DNA of 58,603 nucleotides from Solirubrobacteraceae bacterium (GTDB lineage: Bacteria; Actinomycetota; Thermoleophilia; Solirubrobacterales; Solirubrobacteraceae), in the NCBI GenBank assembly GCA_036501265.1, contig DASYAP010000172.1, forward strand, positions 1 through 58,603, in the 5' to 3' direction. A program made the translations under genes and the position numbers. The notes under the pieces are model-generated. The model saw nothing but the letters and a program-made list of their open reading frames with translations. It did not search any database and was not told the origin of the DNA. Shown in pieces: positions 9,861-19,618 of the stretch (position 1 is its first letter; the number at the start of each line of letters is the position of its first letter).

Positions 9861-9975
9861 TGAGCCAGACCGGGTTTGACGGGGAACCGGGGCACTGCAC
9901 CTGAGCGCTTGGCCCGTCTGGGTCGGGCAGGAGGATGGTGTTCATGTCCAAGCCGAGGGAGTACCGTGCGGAAAG
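9861..9975 (+). mobile_element. IS3-family left-end remnant (IRL plus orfA start)
   Basis: TGAGCCAGACCGGGTTTGACGGGGAACC, then aggagg and ATG 9944 MSKPREYRAE. Confidence 0.6.
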
Positions 9976-9996
9976 GCGCCTCTCCTGGGCAGACGC

Positions 9997-10554
9997 ATGT
10001 CACGGCATGATGGGCTCGTGACACACGACGAGGTCTTGCGGCAGATCGGCGCGATGACCCTCGTCTTCTCTCGTCTTGAGGGCAGTGTTCAGAGTCTTAC
10101 CCACTCGCTGATTCTTGAGCACCAGACCGTCGGTCAGATCATCACCGCCGAGTTGTCGTTTGGGCAGGTACGCACGCTGACGATGAGCCTCTACCTCGAA
10201 CGCAATGGCAGGGATGACGACTTCGCACAGATCAAGCGATTCATGGATCGAGCGGAGAAGCTAGAGAAGCGCCGGAACGAGATCCAGCACTCGGTTTGGG
10301 TGGCTGGTGAGTCGCCGACCACGTTGAAGCGGATGAAGCTGACGGCCAGACGCCGTGGTCGGGCCGTCGCTTTCGAGGAGATCAGTGCCGCCGATCTCGC
10401 CGGCCTTGGTCAGGAGATTGAGGCGCTCGGCGACGAGATCACAAGTCTCACATTCGACCTAATCGCCCGGCACAAGGTGATCAATCCGCGCTTCAAGCCC
10501 TATTGGGGCCCCGGTTCAGGCGTCGGGCCTTGGGCGCCAACGGAGGGCGCCTAG
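9997..10554 (+). CDS. HEPN-like protein
   Basis: All-helical appearance; RNEIQH (Rx4H) motif. Confidence 0.5.
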   Translation: MSRHDGLVTHDEVLRQIGAMTLVFSRLEGSVQSLTHSLILEHQTVGQIITAELSFGQVRTLTMSLYLERNGRDDDFAQIKRFMDRAEKLEKRRNEIQHSVWVAGESPTTLKRMKLTARRRGRAVAFEEISAADLAGLGQEIEALGDEITSLTFDLIARHKVINPRFKPYWGPGSGVGPWAPTEGA

Positions 10555-10682
10555 AGGGTTAGGGACATAGAAGGCGGTCGACCAGGCGCTACTTCACGTC
10601 CGCGCTTTGCGGACGTCGCTGTCCAGACATGGTCGTATCGCGCGCTCGCCAAGAGGATTGCCGGCGGCCAGCCTGCCATGGC

Positions 10683-11336
10683 TCAGTCTCGGTGTCGGGT
10701 CCGTTGTGGATGAACGTGGGGGTGCCCGCCGTCGTTGTGCCGGAGAAAGCTAGTCGCGGGGACCAAAAGTGCCCACAGCAACAGCAGCAGCAGCGTGTAG
10801 CTGAGTTCGCGTCGAGCGGCGTCAAGCAGATTCGACAGACGAAGGTTGCGAAGGTCGTTGTTCATCGCCGCATCCCCCGCCTCCTTTGCGAGCGCTTCTT
10901 CGGGATCGTCAGTCTGGGCGGCTGCATCGAGTTCGGCAACGTGCAGGGCGTCTCGCCTTAACGGGCCAACCAGATAGAGCGGCATCAGCAGGCTGAATGC
11001 GGCGTACACAGCTGCGAGGGCGAGTATCACGCGCGCCGGTGCTGTGCTCTCGTTCCAGCCGCTGGTGATCGCGACCAGTACCGCAGCGACGATGACCGCG
11101 CTGACGGCGGCGAGGCCGGGCCCCTTTCCTTCAAGGCTGCGAAGGCGTTCCTCGCTGCTGTCTAGCAGCGCGCGGCGCTCGCGGCGGGACCAGTCGGTTG
11201 TCGGGAGCGATGGCATCTTCATCGGTTCACGCACGCGGTCCCAGTTGACATAGAGCGAGGCCAGCGTCGGAAAGAGCCGCCAGAATGCCGCACTGAGAAA
11301 CAGCTTGCGAGCGGGTTCAGGCATCGTCGGATTCAT
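10683..11336 (-). CDS. 3-TM membrane protein coupled to the ATP-grasp gene
   Basis: ATGA overlap with the ATP-grasp stop; 2+1 TM layout. Confidence 0.65.
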   Translation of the reverse strand: MNPTMPEPARKLFLSAAFWRLFPTLASLYVNWDRVREPMKMPSLPTTDWSRRERRALLDSSEERLRSLEGKGPGLAAVSAVIVAAVLVAITSGWNESTAPARVILALAAVYAAFSLLMPLYLVGPLRRDALHVAELDAAAQTDDPEEALAKEAGDAAMNNDLRNLRLSNLLDAARRELSYTLLLLLLWALLVPATSFLRHNDGGHPHVHPQRTRHRD

Positions 11337-12283
11337 CGTGGCCGGCATAGCAGGGTGTCAGCGAGCGCCTCGGCTATCGGCAGACCAGCACGTTGTAGCC
11401 AACCCCACTCACCGTTTGGGTTGAGCTCGAGAAACCAGAGACGGCCTTCCCTGTCGAGCGCGAGATCGATGCCGCTGAAGCGAAGCCGAAACCGCTTAAC
11501 AAGCGCGCAGCATGCCCTCGTGATTTCATCGGGCAGCGTGTACACCGACCAGGGCTGATCTCGGGCGCGGCGCCAGTCAATCGGCTGGTCAGGATCGGCA
11601 AGGGAGACAGCACGGACCGCCGCTAACGCGGTATCGCCGACCACGGTGACGCGAATATCACGCTTCGGCGAGATTGGCTGTTGGAAACAAACGGGTGCGC
11701 TCGCGAGACGCCTCGGTGTCGGCAGCCTGTCGACCGTGACCAGGGAGGCGTAGACGAAGCGAGCTTGCCCCTCATCCTCCCACCATGCGCTGGTGACAGA
11801 CTTCACGACCGCTCCTCCGTGCCACCGTTCGACGAACGCGCGCGCTTCGTCCCAATCGTTCGTCAACAGGGTTTCGGGCACTGAGAAGCCCACTGACCTG
11901 GCTTCGTATAGTTGGAGCGCTTTCTCCTCCGCTGCCCTGATGTTGGTCGGCTCGGAGACCCACGTTGGTCCCTTCGCGACTGCCAAAGCCGCAATGAAGG
12001 CACGCCACTGATCGCCGATGACGTCTCGCGCGGGACCCGTGCCCGCGTCCACCGGAACCTCGGGCCGTCGCCACCAGACTCCGACGCACTCATCTGAACG
12101 GAGGGCGCGCTCGCCGCGGCTCAGCCACCAGCCATCGGTCGGGCTCAGCGTTAGCTTCCAGTCCGGTCCGCGCTCGGTGTTGAGCCGGACGACGCGAACT
12201 TCCCGCTCGTTCAGCTCTCGAATCAGGAAGTCAGCGCCAACGTCCTGCTCGTTGGTCACGACAAGAACGGCCGAACCGCTCAG
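11333..12283 (-). CDS. ATP-grasp RiPP macrocyclase (graspetide synthetase, MvdC/MvdD/RimK-like)
   Basis: VWWRRP, AEEKALQL, VPETLLTN, FQQPISPKRDIRVTVVG, FLELNPNGEWGW; probable CTG start 12283 (ORF track 12259). Confidence 0.9.
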   Translation of the reverse strand: MSGSAVLVVTNEQDVGADFLIRELNEREVRVVRLNTERGPDWKLTLSPTDGWWLSRGERALRSDECVGVWWRRPEVPVDAGTGPARDVIGDQWRAFIAALAVAKGPTWVSEPTNIRAAEEKALQLYEARSVGFSVPETLLTNDWDEARAFVERWHGGAVVKSVTSAWWEDEGQARFVYASLVTVDRLPTPRRLASAPVCFQQPISPKRDIRVTVVGDTALAAVRAVSLADPDQPIDWRRARDQPWSVYTLPDEITRACCALVKRFRLRFSGIDLALDREGRLWFLELNPNGEWGWLQRAGLPIAEALADTLLCRPR

Positions 12284-12504
12284 AATCCCTTCTGATCCTC
12301 GCCGGTCTCGCGATCCGCCTTCTTGGTCGAAAACGCCGCGCCAGAATCGATCGCAGACTGATGAACGGGCACGCGGACGTAGGTCATCTGCTTCGCGTCG
12401 TCGTAATACGGCATCCCAGGATGCGGGCCGGAATCAGGTTGCACCGTGGCGAGGTCAAGCAACCAGGGCAAGTCCGGGGAATCGCGGGAATCCGAGGTAG
12501 GCAT
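12280..12504 (-). CDS. Graspetide precursor peptide (74 aa)
   Basis: Leader PWLL...YYDDAKQ; core STKKADRETGEDQKGF rich in T/K/D/E; TATCGT 7 nt before ATG (leaderless-type start). Confidence 0.8.
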   Translation of the reverse strand: MPTSDSRDSPDLPWLLDLATVQPDSGPHPGMPYYDDAKQMTYVRVPVHQSAIDSGAAFSTKKADRETGEDQKGF

Positions 12505-12556
12505 GCCGACAACGATAGGGGCACAGCCGGACTGAAGGAAGTCGAGCGCGAGGGGA

Positions 12557-13447
12557 TCAGCTGTGCGGAGCGCTGACGATATCCGCAATCTCGGCAAGCA
12601 GCACCTTGCTCAGCGTGAGTGCGAAACGCGCGTCGCGATGGCTGACCTGAAACTGCCCCTTTTGATCGCCCTCCTGGGCAACGTGGCGACCACGGTTGAA
12701 GTAGTCGACCGCGTCCTTGAGCAGCGCGCTCAGGACTTCAGCCTGCCGCTGGTCGACAAGGGACGCGAAGATGGCCTTCGGCCAACCGGGAAGCGCTTCG
12801 GTCATTGCCTTGCAGTGTGCGAAGACATCCGGATCGTGGCCCAGCTGGTACTGCCGTTCGGCCTCGCGAAGGTGAGTCAGCGCCGCGCTGAAACTCGAGC
12901 TAGCGGCGCCTTTCGGTAATGCGACGTCCGTAAGGACGTATTCGAGCGTGCCGATCGGTTCGAGCACCTGCTTGAGCCAGTCGCTGCGGGCGACGCGGAC
13001 CTGCAGCTGCGTCGTGTTGCCGCGGCCGACGCTAACGAAGCCCCATTCGCCCGGTTCAGGATCCGTGACGAAGCGACGGTCCTCTTGATCGGCTTCCCGC
13101 ATGACGCGCAGCCACCCTGTCAGCGACAGGACGAGATCGATGACATCGCCGCTGAACTGCTCGCTGATGAACGCGATAGCTGAGCGACCGACGGGGATAT
13201 CGATGGAGAAGTTGAAATCAGTGAACGAAGGCCAAAGACCAGTGACGCTTGCGACGCCGAGCATCTCGTTGGCGCAGAGCAGCTCCGCGTGAAGCTGATG
13301 GACCTGCACCTTCATCCGCTCCCGCGGCGTACGAGCAACCAGCTGGAATGAAAGGCGGGGAAGAACGTTGCCGCGGCCGTAGACCGGCCCAGCTGTGATG
13401 TTCAGCCAACCGTGCCCAGAACCGTCGCTCAGCTGAATCGGGAACAC
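12557..13447 (-). CDS. Hypothetical protein, possible HEPN/Abi_C-like C-terminus
   Basis: Long clean ORF; C-terminal helical region FNRGRH...DARFAL. Confidence 0.55.
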   Translation of the reverse strand: MFPIQLSDGSGHGWLNITAGPVYGRGNVLPRLSFQLVARTPRERMKVQVHQLHAELLCANEMLGVASVTGLWPSFTDFNFSIDIPVGRSAIAFISEQFSGDVIDLVLSLTGWLRVMREADQEDRRFVTDPEPGEWGFVSVGRGNTTQLQVRVARSDWLKQVLEPIGTLEYVLTDVALPKGAASSSFSAALTHLREAERQYQLGHDPDVFAHCKAMTEALPGWPKAIFASLVDQRQAEVLSALLKDAVDYFNRGRHVAQEGDQKGQFQVSHRDARFALTLSKVLLAEIADIVSAPHS

Positions 13448-13654
13448 CAGGCGATCGTACTCGTGCCAGTTCCTCTGTCCCGGCCTCCTGCCCTTCCCCG
13501 CGTGGGATCACTGTCCGACCGCTGGTCCGAATAGATCCCGCGCGAGCGGTCGCTTAGCGAAGGCAGTCTGTATCTCACGCTCGGACGAGCGGGCGGCACG
13601 CATCCGTGTATCTCTCAAACCGTGGAATGACCGCTGCGCAGGCCGTCGCGATGG

Positions 13655-13812
13655 GCGTTAGTACAACGCCGCCCTGCCTGCACGAATCACTCGGCAACAT
13701 ATCTCACCCACCGAGTACCAGCGACCACATGCTCTCGAAGAACCGATGACGCTCGTCGGCACGAGCGTGTGACCCACCAAACTCGGTCCCGGTCAAACCC
13801 CGGTCCGGCTCC
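13655..13812 (+). mobile_element. IS3-family right-end remnant (orfB tail plus IRR)
   Basis: Frameshifted YNAA/LHESLGNI/PTEY; end cggtcccggtcaaaccccggtccggctc is the inverse of the 9861 repeat. Confidence 0.6.
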
Positions 13813-13817
13813 GTCTA

Positions 13818-15140
13818 TCACTGAACGCGTTGCGCGGGCGCCAGCCGGAGCGCGAACTCAGCACTGCGGTCGAGGACGTCGAGCGCTTCTTCGGCTCGGC
13901 CGGCTTCGCGCAGCACCCGCGCCCACGCTCTTGCGGCCTCGGTTGCTTCCCGCCAGCGCCGGTTACGCTCGAGCAGGCCGACGCCCCGCTCGAAAGCAGC
14001 CGACGCCGGGTCGATCTCCCCCTGGAGAGCGTGGCCTTCGCCGAGTGCCCAGTGCGCGGTTCCGACCGTCGCACTGTCTTGATTGTCGAGCAGCGCAATC
14101 GCCCGCTCAGCCATCTCGACCGTCTGAGCACCTTCGTCGAGCAGCGAGTGTGAGCGTGCCTGCTCGACATAGAGGATGGCTAGGTCGTCGGCGCTGGCGG
14201 CGGTTCCGAACAGGCGCTCCGCGCGCGTAAGCTGCTCGCGCGCTCCATCTGGATCGCGGGCGGAGTTCATGATCCATGCGGCGAGGAGATGTGCGCGGGC
14301 GCGATGGAGATCGTCTTCTGTCGCTTCCAGCAGCGTGATCGCCCGCCGTGCGTAGCGAAGCGCCGCCGTCGATTGGCCTTTCATTTCCGAGAGGCGGGCG
14401 AGAGACCAGAAGAGACGGATCCGCATCAGCGGGTCATCAGTGGTGTCAGTCTGGGCGAGAGTCTCGCGCAGCACGCCTTCGGCGCGGCTGAATTGGCCGG
14501 CATCGCTGAGGGCGTAACTGAGCAGGATCCGGTAGCGCGCCTGCTCAGAGCCATGGTCGCCGTCGAGCTGCTCGATCTCTTCCAGACACTCCTCGTAGAG
14601 GGCGATCTCTCGCTGAGTCTGGCCGAGAGCGTTGTAGGCGCGACCGAGGGTGACGAAGACCTCGACTCGCTCCAACGGCGATGGGCGATCGAGCTGGAAG
14701 GCGTTCTCGAGACCGGAGACCGCGGCGGCGTGGTCGCCACGCTCGTACGCCGCGAGCGCGAGCGCGATCGCCGCCCGGGCGGTGATGTTGCGGTCGGCGG
14801 CTCTGGTGGCGTCCTTGTACAGCTCCTGTAATGACTCCTCGGCCGCCTTGGCGTCCCCGAGGCGCATCGCCAGCTCGGCGTCGGCCAATCGCAGTTCGCG
14901 GGCGCCGGCCGGATCGAGCTCGGAACCGGTCTCCAGATAGTCGGCGCTGACGCCTAGCTTCGCCCCGATCTTCCGCAGGGCTTTGACCGACGGCTGGCGG
15001 GTGCCGGCTTCGATGCGTGAGATATAGGCGTACGAGACGCCTGGTTCGGAAAGGGCGCGCTGGGACAGCCCGCGCTCCCGGCGCAGTCGCTTGATCCTCT
15101 CGCCGATCGTCTCGGCAGACGCGCCCTCGCTTCGACCCAC
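13818..15140 (-). CDS. XRE-HTH plus TPR regulator (RRNPP-like architecture)
   Basis: IGERIKRLRRERGLSQRALS...YISRIEAGTRQPS, followed by ~350 aa of TPR-like helices; start 15140 or 15188. Confidence 0.85.
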   Translation of the reverse strand: MGRSEGASAETIGERIKRLRRERGLSQRALSEPGVSYAYISRIEAGTRQPSVKALRKIGAKLGVSADYLETGSELDPAGARELRLADAELAMRLGDAKAAEESLQELYKDATRAADRNITARAAIALALAAYERGDHAAAVSGLENAFQLDRPSPLERVEVFVTLGRAYNALGQTQREIALYEECLEEIEQLDGDHGSEQARYRILLSYALSDAGQFSRAEGVLRETLAQTDTTDDPLMRIRLFWSLARLSEMKGQSTAALRYARRAITLLEATEDDLHRARAHLLAAWIMNSARDPDGAREQLTRAERLFGTAASADDLAILYVEQARSHSLLDEGAQTVEMAERAIALLDNQDSATVGTAHWALGEGHALQGEIDPASAAFERGVGLLERNRRWREATEAARAWARVLREAGRAEEALDVLDRSAEFALRLAPAQRVQ

Positions 15141-15259
15141 GGCACGATGATGAACGACCGGCGGGACGGCGTCAAAAGGAAACGTCATCCCTTGACACGG
15201 CAGAGCCGTCCTGCCTGGGTAGCGCTGGCTCAACCCTCACCCCAGAGAGGAGGTGTCCC

Positions 15260-15346
15260 ATGCGCAACCTTCGGCTCATCCTGTTGGCGACGGCGCTCGT
15301 CGTTCTCGCCCTGATGCTCGCGGAAGGCCCGATCGGTCCGTGGTAG
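15260..15346 (+). CDS. 28-aa secreted signalling-peptide candidate MRNLRLILLATALVVLALMLAEGPIGPW
   Basis: Strong SD gaggaggt; basic N-terminus, hydrophobic core, polar tail; divergent from the HTH-TPR gene; followed by a hairpin. Confidence 0.75.
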   Translation: MRNLRLILLATALVVLALMLAEGPIGPW

Positions 15347-15358
15347 GACGGCCGAGCT

Positions 15359-15388
15359 CGAGGGGCGGAGATCACTCTCCGCCCCTCG
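15359..15388 (+). terminator. 13-bp perfect hairpin after the peptide gene
   Basis: cgaggggcggaga-tcac-tctccgcccctcg; no U-tract. Confidence 0.65.
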
Positions 15389-15938
15389 TCAGGCCTCGGT
15401 ATTGACAACAATGGGTACAATAGGCAGCAAGGACTGTGAGCCCCGCCCCAGGTTGCCGCAAGCCAAAGGGTGCGGGGAACCGCCGCGACAAGATTGCAGC
15501 GCCCCAGTCCTGCGCCGGAGCGGCCCGTCCCTTGGACAGCGGGCCGCTTCGTCTATTACCTGCCCTTCATCGGAATTCTCATCGACGACGGGAGTGATCT
15601 ACGGCGGCCCGAGTCCGTATACAGACAGGAGCACCCCTACCGCGGCACCTCCGCGGTCAGCGTGATTCGCGACGCGGTCGCCGAGATCGAGGCCGCCCGG
15701 GCGCGGCAGCTCGGCCCGAAATGCTTCACCACCTCCGCGACCTCTTACTCGGGCTCCAGCGTTCGCCCGAACGCTGAACGCGAGTCATCGCGTCATCGGC
15801 GATCGCGCACGGCGAAGCAGGCCAGTCCTCAAGCGTGATCTTCCATCCGTCGCGCTGACCACGCTCGTCTGCGGCGGCTCCCGCCTTGGACGTCAGGCGC
15901 CGCGCATCCGAGGGGCCGCGCGCGGGTAAGCGCCCTGC

Positions 15939-16775
15939 ATGGATTCGGTACCGCTGGTTGCGCTGCAGCGGGAGTGGGAGGTTCTCTCGCGTGGTCGGCT
16001 GCGGCTGGAGCTTCGCGCGTGGGCAGCACACGAAGCAGCGCTTGCGCGCTTCGAGTCGCCGGACCGGTTGATCGGGTTCTTGTTGGACAGGCGTGTGTCG
16101 CCTGCCGACAAGGATCAAGTGCTGCTGGCGCTGCTGCGTTTGGCACGGCGGGAGGCTTCGGCGGGTCGGGTGGTGTTGCACGCGATGTTGCCGGGGTTGA
16201 AGCGTTTGGCGGGAGTGTTGTTGAAGCGCGGTCCGAATGGCGAGGAGCCTGTGCTTGACCGGGAGGCGGTGTGGGAGCTGCTGTTTCTGGAGATGCTGGG
16301 GCGGATCAAGACGTATCCGCTCGAGCGGCGGCCTCGCAAAGTGGCGGCGAACCTGATCGGTGATGTGAAGCATGCGGCGTACGCGGAGCTGGATCGTGCT
16401 CGGCACGATCTCGAGGAGGTTCCCGAGGACCCGCTTGAGCCGGAGTTGCTGCTCCGTCCACGGCCGGGTGTGAATGTGGAGGGGCCGTTGCGGCGGGCGG
16501 TGGCGGCGAAGGCGATCACCGCCGCCGACGCGGAACTCCTCCTGCTCATCGGAGTCGATGGGCTGGGGTTGCGAGAAGCGGCCGAGCGTCTCGGCTTGCC
16601 GTACAACCTGGCGCGGATCCGGGTGCAGCGGGCGCGGAAGCGGCTGTTGATGTTCTTGCGCCCATGGACGCAGGATCTTTACGTTCAGGCTGAGCCCAAA
16701 CGGGCCTCAGATGCACCTTCCTCTGGTGCGTATGCACCTGAGGAACTCGAAGACACCCAACAACAGGCCGGCTGA
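15939..16775 (+). CDS. Sigma-70/ECF-like protein (element core, copy A)
   Basis: Region-4-like GLGLREAAERLGLPYNLARIRVQRARKRL; paralogue at 50613. Confidence 0.75.
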   Translation: MDSVPLVALQREWEVLSRGRLRLELRAWAAHEAALARFESPDRLIGFLLDRRVSPADKDQVLLALLRLARREASAGRVVLHAMLPGLKRLAGVLLKRGPNGEEPVLDREAVWELLFLEMLGRIKTYPLERRPRKVAANLIGDVKHAAYAELDRARHDLEEVPEDPLEPELLLRPRPGVNVEGPLRRAVAAKAITAADAELLLLIGVDGLGLREAAERLGLPYNLARIRVQRARKRLLMFLRPWTQDLYVQAEPKRASDAPSSGAYAPEELEDTQQQAG

Positions 16776-16865
16776 GACCAGCCCGGTCGCCGCCGAGCTC
16801 GCGGTCGCCCATTGGCGGGGTAGTGCGCGGGGCGGCGGCGTGTCCCATTTCCCGATCGAAGGAGG

Positions 16866-18134
16866 TTGCTGATTCGGAAGGATCACCATGCGCTCGCGGG
16901 GACGGCGCACCACCACCATCTTCTTGGTCCCCAGCCGCCGTGGTGGGAGCGGCTCATCCTCTGGCTCGGCCACGCCGCCCTGTGGCCGATCCGAATTCAC
17001 CCCGCCCACCTCGTCCCCGTCCTTGTTCACGACGTTGAGCTTGCCGGCATCGTCGCCGCCGGCCTTACCGCAACCGCTGCCGCGATCGTCATCGCTCGGC
17101 GGGTTGCCTCGGCCGCTCCAGTTCTGCCGACGAGCGCGAACGGCCGGCGGCGGTTTCGGCTGTTGTTGCCGGAGTCGTTTGTCCGGGAGGGGCTGACCGG
17201 GTTCTTCCGCACGGTCTCTATGTTGTTGCGCCCGGTCCTGCTCGGTCCGCAGCCGTCGGTGTCGTTCACGTTCACCGTGGTGGGGGAGCGGTTGAGCATC
17301 GCGCTCGAGTGCGGCGCCGAGATCGCGCCCGCGATCGTCGCCACCCTCGAAGCTGGTATCGACGGGATCTCGATCGAAGAGATCCCTCCTGTCGAGGAGA
17401 GTGGCGAGCGTCGGTGGGCGCGCTGCACGCTGCGGCCGTCCAGGTCGCAGTGGCTGCCGTTCGAGTCGAAGCACAAGGTGGATCCGGCCCGGTTCGTGCT
17501 CGCCATGCTGCGCGGCGAGAGCGAGAGCGAGCACGCCTGCCTGCAGGCCGTCTTCTCGCCGCTCTCCCGTCGTGCGAAGCGGCACGGACGTCGTGAACCG
17601 TGGCGGATGCGAACCGGCCGCAACGGCGGCATGCTCGACCTGCTCGGCTCGGTCGCGCGCGAGCTCACAAACGAGGGCCTCGACATCGTCACCGGTGCAA
17701 AGACACCCACCACCAGTGGGAGTACACGTCGGACGTACACGCCGGATACGTGGACGCTGAAGCAGGCGGGAGCGATCGAGGAGAAGACCGCCGAGCTGCT
17801 GCTTGGTGTGACGATCCGTCTCGCCGTCTCCGGAGGACCGCGGAAGTCGAAGCGGTGGCGGCTGCACGCGCTCGTGGCGAGCTTCGGCCAGTTCCACGCC
17901 CTCGGCGGACTGCGTGCCAGCCGCGAGCTGCTCGGTCGGCGCCGGTTCGAGCGGCGGCTACCCGCGCTACGTGCACCACTTGCCGTGACTGCCGCCGAAG
18001 CAGCTGCGCTGCTACCGCTTCCGACCAGCCTTGCGGAGACGCACTTGGTGGTCGGAGAGGCACCGGCGCGGCGGCTCCGACCGGTGGCAGACGCTCCGCA
18101 CAGCGGCATCCGTCTGGGGAGGGCGGAGCGGTGA
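16866..18134 (+). CDS. Membrane-anchored protein preceding the coupling ATPase (copy A)
   Basis: TM segment; conserved with synonymous changes in copy B; GTGA overlap with the next gene. Confidence 0.75.
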   Translation: MLIRKDHHALAGTAHHHHLLGPQPPWWERLILWLGHAALWPIRIHPAHLVPVLVHDVELAGIVAAGLTATAAAIVIARRVASAAPVLPTSANGRRRFRLLLPESFVREGLTGFFRTVSMLLRPVLLGPQPSVSFTFTVVGERLSIALECGAEIAPAIVATLEAGIDGISIEEIPPVEESGERRWARCTLRPSRSQWLPFESKHKVDPARFVLAMLRGESESEHACLQAVFSPLSRRAKRHGRREPWRMRTGRNGGMLDLLGSVARELTNEGLDIVTGAKTPTTSGSTRRTYTPDTWTLKQAGAIEEKTAELLLGVTIRLAVSGGPRKSKRWRLHALVASFGQFHALGGLRASRELLGRRRFERRLPALRAPLAVTAAEAAALLPLPTSLAETHLVVGEAPARRLRPVADAPHSGIRLGRAER

Positions 18135-19618
18135 GCCGGCGCGACGAGCTTTTCCTGGATGTGGAGGCGTTGACCCAGCACGCGCACGTGCTCGGCCCGA
18201 CGGGGCGCGGCAAGACCACCCTGCTCTGCACCCTCTATCTAGAAGCCGCACGCCTTGGTCTCGGCGCGATGTACGCGGAGCCGAAGGGGGACGCGATCGA
18301 AGACCTCTGCCAACGCATCCCCAAAGAACGAGTTGACGATGTGGTGCTGCTCGACTTCGGCAACGAGCACCACCCGCCCGCGCTCAACCTGCTCGCCTGC
18401 CCCTCGGGGGAGGAGGACATCCACGCCGAAGCGCTGGTCGCGATCTTCCGCCGGCTGTTCGGACGCTACTGGGGACCCCGCTCCGAGGACATCCTCCGCT
18501 CCGCCCTCACGACGTTGCTCCTCAACCGCCGGCCGGACCGGCCGGCGCCGACGCTCGCCGACGTGCTCAACCTGCTCACCGATCCGGCGGAGAAGGCGCG
18601 CAACCCGGTCAGCGATCCGGTCGCCTTGGGGCAGTTCTGGCGGCAATGGCAGGCCCTCTCCGTGGGGCAGCGGGAGGCCGCGTTGGCTCCAGTCGCAAAC
18701 AAGCTGCGCTCCTTCCTCGGCCGCCGCGCCCTCCGCAACATCGTCTGCCAGGAGCAGGCACCCGACTTCGAGCAGCTCATCCGACAGCGCAAACTCGTGC
18801 TCGTCTCCCTCCCCAGCCGAACCCTTGGCGATGCGGCCGACCTCGTCGGCTCCGTCTTCGTCTACCGGCTGTGGCAGGCGGCGCAACGGCTCGGCCCCGA
18901 CCCTGCCCGGCCGCCCTACCTGTGCCTCGTCGATGAAGCGCACCGCTTCTGTCGGCTTCCGGGTGGGCTCGCGCAGGCGCTCGCAGAGGCGAGGGGATAC
19001 CGGCTGGGCTTCATCCTCGCCCACCAACACCTTGCCCAGCTCACCGACCCCGAGCTCGCCGAGGCCGTGCACGCGAACACCCAGAGCAAGCTCTGCTTCT
19101 CACTGCCGCCTATGGATGCGCACCGGATGGCCGGGCACTTCGCGCCTCGCCTCGACGAGGACAACCTGACCCGGCTCGGCCGCTATCGGATCGCCTGCCG
19201 CATCGCCCATGACGGCCGCCAACTCCCGACCGCCACTGCGACCACCCAGCCGCTGCCAGCAGCGATACGGAAGAGCGGCGAGATCGGTGTCCGCGCGGAC
19301 GCACTTTCACGGGCGCAGGTAGAGGCGGCGATCCTCGCTCGCTACACCCGTCACAGCGAGCCGCCTGCCAGCGGCAGTGGCGCTCCCGACGCAAAGCCAC
19401 CCGACGATGACGAGCCCGATTCTGGTGTGGCGTCGCGACCCTCAAACGGTCCTCGTCTCGGCCCTCATTTCGGCCCTCGCTTCAAACGAGGACCCGATGA
19501 CGGCGCCGTGGGGGATGGCGACGCGGAATCCGGCGATGACGAGTTCTCCGACGAAGACAGGTCAAACGTCCTCTCCCTCCCTGATCGGTGTGGGGGTGGC
19601 GATGCGGCCGCTGCCTAG
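18131..19618 (+). CDS. VirD4/TraD/TraG-like coupling ATPase (copy A)
   Basis: HAHVLGPTGRGKTT Walker A; LVDEAH Walker B; EARGYRLGFILAHQ. Confidence 0.85.
   Translation: MSRRDELFLDVEALTQHAHVLGPTGRGKTTLLCTLYLEAARLGLGAMYAEPKGDAIEDLCQRIPKERVDDVVLLDFGNEHHPPALNLLACPSGEEDIHAEALVAIFRRLFGRYWGPRSEDILRSALTTLLLNRRPDRPAPTLADVLNLLTDPAEKARNPVSDPVALGQFWRQWQALSVGQREAALAPVANKLRSFLGRRALRNIVCQEQAPDFEQLIRQRKLVLVSLPSRTLGDAADLVGSVFVYRLWQAAQRLGPDPARPPYLCLVDEAHRFCRLPGGLAQALAEARGYRLGFILAHQHLAQLTDPELAEAVHANTQSKLCFSLPPMDAHRMAGHFAPRLDEDNLTRLGRYRIACRIAHDGRQLPTATATTQPLPAAIRKSGEIGVRADALSRAQVEAAILARYTRHSEPPASGSGAPDAKPPDDDEPDSGVASRPSNGPRLGPHFGPRFKRGPDDGAVGDGDAESGDDEFSDEDRSNVLSLPDRCGGGDAAAA

Noticed and set aside
15402-15421. 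TTGACA...TACAAT as a sigma70 promoter
   Set aside because: The spacer is only 8 bp.
15470-15838. Possible small CDS upstream of the sigma-like gene
   Set aside because: No recognisable motif or SD and no counterpart in element B; left uncalled.
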